From positions 1-30,212 of the IMG/VR virus record IMGVR_UViG_3300008459_000250: a DNA stretch of 30,212 nucleotides, one strand, 5' to 3'. Position 1 is the first letter of the stretch, and each line of letters begins with the position of its first letter. This document shows positions 24,693 through 30,212 of the stretch, piece after piece. A program made the translations under genes and the position numbers. The notes under the pieces were generated by a model. It saw nothing but the letters and a program-made list of their open reading frames with translations, was not told where the DNA came from and searched no databases. This DNA comes from a virus (lineage: Duplodnaviria > Caudoviricetes).

Positions 24693-27092
24693 ATGAAAAA
24701 AACCATAAGACTATCATCCTTTGCAGAAGAACGAGCATTACGTGCTGGGGATTTCAGTCTTATGCCCAGGAATCCATCACCACCTTACATTCTATCTCAA
24801 CCGATAAAAAACTTTCAACAGTTTACTTGGATTGAAGGTTTGATTGATGGCAATCTAAAGTACCAAAGTATTAGTCCAACATTTGATACTATCAATATGT
24901 TGAAAGGTACTTCTTTTAGTTTTGAGATTCGTGTAGCTGATCCATCAAATGTAAATAATCCAAACGACACTACAAATCTATCTTTCAAGTGGAAGCGTAA
25001 TGAGGCTCCGATTTACGATCTTAATAAATTAAATGGTGGAGTAGGCACTTCAGCCGCTTTAGTTGAAGAACAATCATCTACACCAAACCTATCAGGACGA
25101 TATACTTGTGAAGTGTCTAATCAGTTTGGCTCTATTGAATCAGTACCGTTTGATGTGAATATAATTGATCCACTTAAACATCCACTATTATATAAAAACT
25201 TACTGCGCAATGGCGATGGGGATGGAGGTCTTGATGGTTGGACTGCTGATCCAGATATAAAGATTCAGCCGTTTGTAAATGATACATCATTAATTAAAGG
25301 CTTTGGTAGTTTTAGATTTGCAAACCTACCTTTGATTGATTTTAATAAAGAGACCTCTGGAGCAGTTGCAATGGAGTTCTTCTTCTCAAACGCTTCTCAT
25401 TGGGGTTTATTCTTCAACTGGTATAATAAGCGTTTGAAGAGTGATCCAACAATGACTAATATCAATCTCACATCAACATCATTAGGTATTTTGGATGAGG
25501 GTGAGCGTTGGATATCGGAAGGTGTAATTCCACAAATTGTACCTAATGAGGATTATGTAAGATCAGAATTTGCAGCTTTCTATCCTGGCATCGCTTGGAT
25601 GGATCAGTACAATAAAAACAGTAAAACTATTGGACTTTATGCAGAGTTCAAGGATTTTACACCAACATACTTTACAAGAGATAAACTTAAATTTGCTAAG
25701 TTTGGTGGCAATGATATATCAACGTTATCGCAAACTATAGATGTTAATGAATTAGCGGATTTTGTTGATGGTAATGTGTATGGAGTGAAATACTCCACAG
25801 CTCAGTTCTTTGCGTATGTAGGAGCTGGTATCACAGACTATAAGATAAAAGTTCAAACGGTTGATGGTGAGAAGGTATTTAATTACAATATTGCCGATTC
25901 AGAACAAATGTACGATCATATTGTTCAAGAAAAGAATGCAGCGTTTCCTTTAGTGTTTGAAGAGTCTCAGGGTAAGATAAAATATAAACTAGTTCCTGGA
26001 ACGCCTATTGAAATCATACCACAATGCTATGATAAGACTACCATAAAGCTCTCTTTCATTGATGATAGAGGTTTTGTAAGAAAGGAGGAGGTTATCAATG
26101 GACCTAATGAATTAGACTTATGGGCCATCAAAGAAAAAGCATTCTTTCCAATAACCCTTTTTGGATTATACGAGTTCATTACACCTAGCAATAACGATAT
26201 TATAGTATTTGGTCAAAAATACACAAATACAGATGCAATCGCTCTAATGTTTGACACTGAAAAGTCAGGTGTCTTTAGTAAGGGTGTAGATCACACACCA
26301 TACACACAAACCACTTTACGAGATGTAGCTGCTAGGTTTTTTGCAAACAAGTACGATTTCACAAGACATGGAACAGCGTATCCTGGTGACGTATGGTTTG
26401 GTAAAAAATACTCACAAGATAATAAATTCTATTACAGAGCAATTCCAGATCACGGCGCAGCAGCGATGTTTGGTGTTGGTAAGGATATAATCATTCCAAC
26501 GAAAACAAGATCGATTCGCGTAGATGTTGTGTTTAAGCATACTTCAGATATTTTATTAGATGTTGATCCAAATTTGAAAGGTTGGACAGAGCAGGAGATT
26601 TATACAAATGAGTATGGTCAGAGTACTGGTTTGAGTCGTCGTCTTGTTGAGTACGGAAATCCTCGCTGTGGTATTTCTAAAATGAAATTATTCATTGCTC
26701 CTAATGATATTGGAGTGTCTGAAGAGTTTGCTAGTTATAGAATACCGCCACAAGAGAGTACTGTATTAGGTTTACAAAAGCGTCGATATCAAAATCCGGC
26801 TGCATTTAACACTGCAGATGCTTCCACATTTACATACACACTAATACAACCTGATGGCATGCCAACAGCACCGGCTATAAACGATCCATTTATACTAGCT
26901 AAGAATCAGGAAAGTTATATTAATAGTATTCAAGAGCAAAACGATAAAGCAGCTCAACTGAACGCAGCAAGTGTGCCAGATGCTCTAATGGATGAAGCTG
27001 ATATCCTAGCTAAGGAAGATGAGGATCGTGCAGCAGGTGATTACAGCTTAGGATTGTATATACCAGAGAATCTAGATGAGAGTAACTTGTAA
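24693..27092 (+). CDS. Paralog of the preceding gene: Ig-like domain + FBA/galactose-binding-like domain
   Basis: FKWKRNE...GRYTCEVSNQFG; KNLLRNGDGDGGLDGW...YFTR...SQTIDV...GNVYGV...FFAYVG. Confidence 0.65.
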   Translation: MKKTIRLSSFAEERALRAGDFSLMPRNPSPPYILSQPIKNFQQFTWIEGLIDGNLKYQSISPTFDTINMLKGTSFSFEIRVADPSNVNNPNDTTNLSFKWKRNEAPIYDLNKLNGGVGTSAALVEEQSSTPNLSGRYTCEVSNQFGSIESVPFDVNIIDPLKHPLLYKNLLRNGDGDGGLDGWTADPDIKIQPFVNDTSLIKGFGSFRFANLPLIDFNKETSGAVAMEFFFSNASHWGLFFNWYNKRLKSDPTMTNINLTSTSLGILDEGERWISEGVIPQIVPNEDYVRSEFAAFYPGIAWMDQYNKNSKTIGLYAEFKDFTPTYFTRDKLKFAKFGGNDISTLSQTIDVNELADFVDGNVYGVKYSTAQFFAYVGAGITDYKIKVQTVDGEKVFNYNIADSEQMYDHIVQEKNAAFPLVFEESQGKIKYKLVPGTPIEIIPQCYDKTTIKLSFIDDRGFVRKEEVINGPNELDLWAIKEKAFFPITLFGLYEFITPSNNDIIVFGQKYTNTDAIALMFDTEKSGVFSKGVDHTPYTQTTLRDVAARFFANKYDFTRHGTAYPGDVWFGKKYSQDNKFYYRAIPDHGAAAMFGVGKDIIIPTKTRSIRVDVVFKHTSDILLDVDPNLKGWTEQEIYTNEYGQSTGLSRRLVEYGNPRCGISKMKLFIAPNDIGVSEEFASYRIPPQESTVLGLQKRRYQNPAAFNTADASTFTYTLIQPDGMPTAPAINDPFILAKNQESYINSIQEQNDKAAQLNAASVPDALMDEADILAKEDEDRAAGDYSLGLYIPENLDESNL

Positions 27093-27109
27093 TAAGTTTA
27101 CAATCATCA

Positions 27110-27125
27110 TATTTATATAAAAACA
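27110..27125 (+). promoter_or_regulatory. Putative late promoter TATTTATATAAAAACA
   Basis: Identical to 17635-17650; directly before GTG 27127. Confidence 0.55.
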
Positions 27126-27126
27126 C

Positions 27127-30100
27127 GTGGCTAAAAACATAATCAACATTCCGGCTAAAAATATTGAAGCTTCACAAGTTGAATCTTCACTAGGGAGTGC
27201 TATCAAAACAAAGTTAGTCAAGAGTTTGGAGGATCAGATATCTGAAAATGCTTATGTAACATTAGCAGAAAAGGAAAAGGAAAAGGATCCACAACAATTG
27301 GTGGTTAAGTCTTTTGGTTCTTACAGTAACGGAGTAGCTAACTATCCAAACGATGTTATTCGTTTAGATATAGAGAATGCAAATAATCAATACCTAGAAT
27401 CAAACTATCGTATTGATGGTTTTGTACAATCTAATAATGAAATAACACTTGATCCAGAAAAGAATTTAAGCGACTTAAATTATATTTCGGGTAAGTACAG
27501 AGTTACATATGCCTTTCATCGTAACCTTTTAGGTTCTGGAGATGGTCATAAATTACAAATTCAAGAGATTAGTGCTGATGGATTAGAGATAAGAGTTATC
27601 CCTGCTATATCAAATACTATATCTAATGTTGACTTTCTGGATTTTTTTGCTGATAGTTTCTTTAAACTTCCTAAGAGTCAAACATTAACAAACTTATTCT
27701 TATTTAAAGATGCAAATACATCAATGCGTGTATTTGACTATGTACAAGATAAGTTTACATTTTCAACAACTCCTTACAGCATAATCTTCAAACTAAATAC
27801 TCCAGCTCCGGATGGTGTTAATATTGGAGATTTAATTTGGTTATCGCAGCAAGTTAGTGATAGTTTGGTTGATACAATCACAATTGTACCACCTAAACTC
27901 AAAACGAGAAAGACCTTTATTGCAGGTCCAAACTGGGATGCAATAAATAAAGATCAAACAGCTGTAGGTACGCAGTATAAGGACTGGGATGATTTATTAT
28001 CAACAACAACCCAGACGTCTGAGGATATCATAAGAACCTTATTAAGTAGTTCTTTCTTAGAGGGTATCAATCTAAACATTGATTTTAGGCATTTTAGTAA
28101 CCACATCCAGTTTGGATCTGCAACTGAACGCTTATTAAATTTCAAATATAAAATGCAGCTTATTGAATCCTATGATTCACGTATAGCAGCATTAACAACT
28201 GATTTAAGTGGCTTACCTAGTAGTAGTGTTTCTAGTAGTATATACTTCCAAACAAACATTACAGACACTAAAACAAAAAAAGCTGCATTGCTTGGATCAA
28301 TGGACTCTTACGAGAAGTATTTGTTATATCAATCCAGTAGCTATGTTACAAACAGCTTTGGTGAGTTTTACCCATCTACATGGCCAAAATCAAATAACAC
28401 TAGGCCATACGTAAATTACGCAGTAACTTCATCTCAGGTTGAGAGTTGGTTTGATGGCATTTATAGTAGTGCCAGTTTATATGATCAAAATAATCAATCA
28501 GCACTATATAAACTAATACCTGCACACGTTCTAGAGGATAGTACAAACGAAGAGTATGTATTATTCACTCACATGATTGGTCATTACTACGATCTCATGT
28601 TTGCTTATGTCAAGCATATGACTAAGCTGCACTCTAGAGAAGAATCAATTCTAGAAGGATTTAGTAAAGACTTGATATATCATGTTGGTAAGAATTTAGG
28701 TATAGATTTTGAGAATGGAAACACTCTTAAAGAATTGTGGGACTATGCTCTAGGTACTAGTGTATCCGGATCTTTAGCATCAACATATAGCATAACGAGT
28801 GAGGATAAAACCAAAGAGACTTGGAAGCGTATTATCAATAACCTTCCTTACCTCCTAAAAACTAAAGGTACAGAACGAGGAGTTAGAGCGCTAATCAACT
28901 GTTTTGGTATTCCACAAACAATTCTCAGAATCCGTGAATATGGCGGAGCTGAACCAGAGTTTGATACAAAAACTGATTGGGTTCATGAGCGTTTTAATTA
29001 CTCAACTACAGTAGGCTATAACGGTCAAATATCTGGAAATCCAGTACAAACACTGAGAGCTGATTGGGATAGTATAGGATCACAATCTTTATATCCAAAT
29101 GCAGTAGAGTTGCGTGTAAAGATGGCAGTAAGTCAATCGAAGATACAACGCTTAATGGAGAAATCCGGTTCGTGGTATTTAGAAGCTTCTAAATCTGGAG
29201 ACTTTCAGTATTTAAAACTATACTTAGGTAATAATAATAACTCCACATCAACATGGGGATCCTCAACGACATGGGCTACAGCTAGTATTAGTTGTTCAAT
29301 CTACGATGGCGACTGGTATCATGTTGCAGTTAATAGATCACAAGCTACTAACACAGATTCAGTTTCTCAAACATACTCACTCATTGTTAAAAAAGCGAAG
29401 TATGAAAAAGTAGTATTTTCACAAAGTTCGTCAATCACTGTAACTGGATTAACTAGTGCCTCTTACAATAATGCCTGGACAACTTCCCATATATCTAGCA
29501 GCCATTTATGGCTACCTGGAACAGGATCATATACCATTGCACAGAGTCATTCAATGTTATTGTGGACTGGTTCTATTCAAGAGCTAAGATATTGGAGTGA
29601 ACCATTACAAGACAGTATTTTAGATAATCATACACTCGCACCAACAAGTTACCAAGGAAACTTATCTGATACATATACCGGAAGTACGTCTAGCTTCTAT
29701 ACATTGATGATGCGTCATCCATTAGGAGCTGACAATAAAAAGTTAGCAGTTACTGGTAGTAGTGGTTTAGTGGTTTCTTCATCACACCCAAACCAACAAT
29801 ATAAAACGGGTACTGATATTAGAGCTTACAACTTTAGTGGATCAATACACAAACCTAACGTGGAGATCCATTCGATGGAGTGGCCTGATTTAGGAGCAAA
29901 TAGGCAGGTTGGTAATAAAATAAGAATTGACGAAACTTTTTTAGCAGGGGATTCACAACTATATCGTGATAATAGCGCAGAAAGATCTTTAACAGACAAC
30001 TATCCTGCCGATTCACCACGACTAGGTGTTTACTTATCGCCAGTTAATGAGGTGAACCAAGACATTGCAGAACAGTTTGGTGGTCTTAGTATTGATGATT

Positions 30101-30212
30101 TTATTGGTACTCCAAGTGATTTGAGTAAAGATCATTATCCTGATTTAGAGAACTTACAATACGAGTATCTAAAAAAATATACATCTGGAAGATATAGACC
30201 ACAAAACTATAT
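27127..30212 (+). CDS. Large baseplate wedge protein (gp7/P2 gpI-like) with LamG-like domain; 3'-truncated, absent from the ORF track
   Basis: Starts GTG GCT AAA AAC at 27127. No in-frame stop was seen in the stretches read, and its absence from the ORF track fits a frame running off the window. Contains WKRIINNLPYLLKTKGTERGVRALINCFGIP...IREYGG (~28822-28947) and LamG-like IYDGDWYHVAV...GSIQELRYW. Confidence 0.85.
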   Translation, partial: MAKNIINIPAKNIEASQVESSLGSAIKTKLVKSLEDQISENAYVTLAEKEKEKDPQQLVVKSFGSYSNGVANYPNDVIRLDIENANNQYLESNYRIDGFVQSNNEITLDPEKNLSDLNYISGKYRVTYAFHRNLLGSGDGHKLQIQEISADGLEIRVIPAISNTISNVDFLDFFADSFFKLPKSQTLTNLFLFKDANTSMRVFDYVQDKFTFSTTPYSIIFKLNTPAPDGVNIGDLIWLSQQVSDSLVDTITIVPPKLKTRKTFIAGPNWDAINKDQTAVGTQYKDWDDLLSTTTQTSEDIIRTLLSSSFLEGINLNIDFRHFSNHIQFGSATERLLNFKYKMQLIESYDSRIAALTTDLSGLPSSSVSSSIYFQTNITDTKTKKAALLGSMDSYEKYLLYQSSSYVTNSFGEFYPSTWPKSNNTRPYVNYAVTSSQVESWFDGIYSSASLYDQNNQSALYKLIPAHVLEDSTNEEYVLFTHMIGHYYDLMFAYVKHMTKLHSREESILEGFSKDLIYHVGKNLGIDFENGNTLKELWDYALGTSVSGSLASTYSITSEDKTKETWKRIINNLPYLLKTKGTERGVRALINCFGIPQTILRIREYGGAEPEFDTKTDWVHERFNYSTTVGYNGQISGNPVQTLRADWDSIGSQSLYPNAVELRVKMAVSQSKIQRLMEKSGSWYLEASKSGDFQYLKLYLGNNNNSTSTWGSSTTWATASISCSIYDGDWYHVAVNRSQATNTDSVSQTYSLIVKKAKYEKVVFSQSSSITVTGLTSASYNNAWTTSHISSSHLWLPGTGSYTIAQSHSMLLWTGSIQELRYWSEPLQDSILDNHTLAPTSYQGNLSDTYTGSTSSFYTLMMRHPLGADNKKLAVTGSSGLVVSSSHPNQQYKTGTDIRAYNFSGSIHKPNVEIHSMEWPDLGANRQVGNKIRIDETFLAGDSQLYRDNSAERSLTDNYPADSPRLGVYLSPVNEVNQDIAEQFGGLSIDDFIGTPSDLSKDHYPDLENLQYEYLKKYTSGRYRPQNY

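Noticed and set aside
27265-27288. GAAAAG x3 microrepeat
   Set aside because: In-frame EKEKEK coding low complexity; no evidence of phase variation.

Overview
Segment of a large, AT-rich, tailed myovirus-type phage genome. Every credible gene is on the + strand and the standard genetic code is used (TAA, TAG and TGA all act as stops). The host is most likely Bacteroidota, judging by TTG-N20-TAnnTTT(G/A) promoters and A-rich translation starts without Shine-Dalgarno sites. From left to right: (1) the end of a secreted/surface module (C-type lectin + dockerin-like protein, a signal-peptide protein, a secreted HEXXH peptidase); (2) a GH19 endolysin, a YkuD-like protein, a second zincin, HPRT and a small membrane protein; (3) a ~1.5 kb ORF-free RNA island containing a complete tmRNA (tag ANVDYSTEYYAVAA), a ~890-nt highly structured, pseudoknotted ncRNA (GOLLD-like) with its own promoter and an rRNA-operon-style hairpin + boxA leader, and an atypical initiator tRNA-Met, followed by a terminator and an unannotated 47-aa basic protein; (4) small genes including a YhaM-like HD hydrolase and a T4 gp55-like sigma factor; (5) a baseplate/tail cluster with a gp5-like spike apparently split into separate genes around a GH108 lysozyme, an M15 peptidase, a 969-aa helical protein, gp25, gp6, two paralogous Ig + FBA-like lectin proteins and a truncated gp7-like wedge protein. 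A recurring TATTTAT motif precedes the putative late genes. The RNA island is the most striking element. All family assignments come from motifs recognised by eye; no database searches were run.
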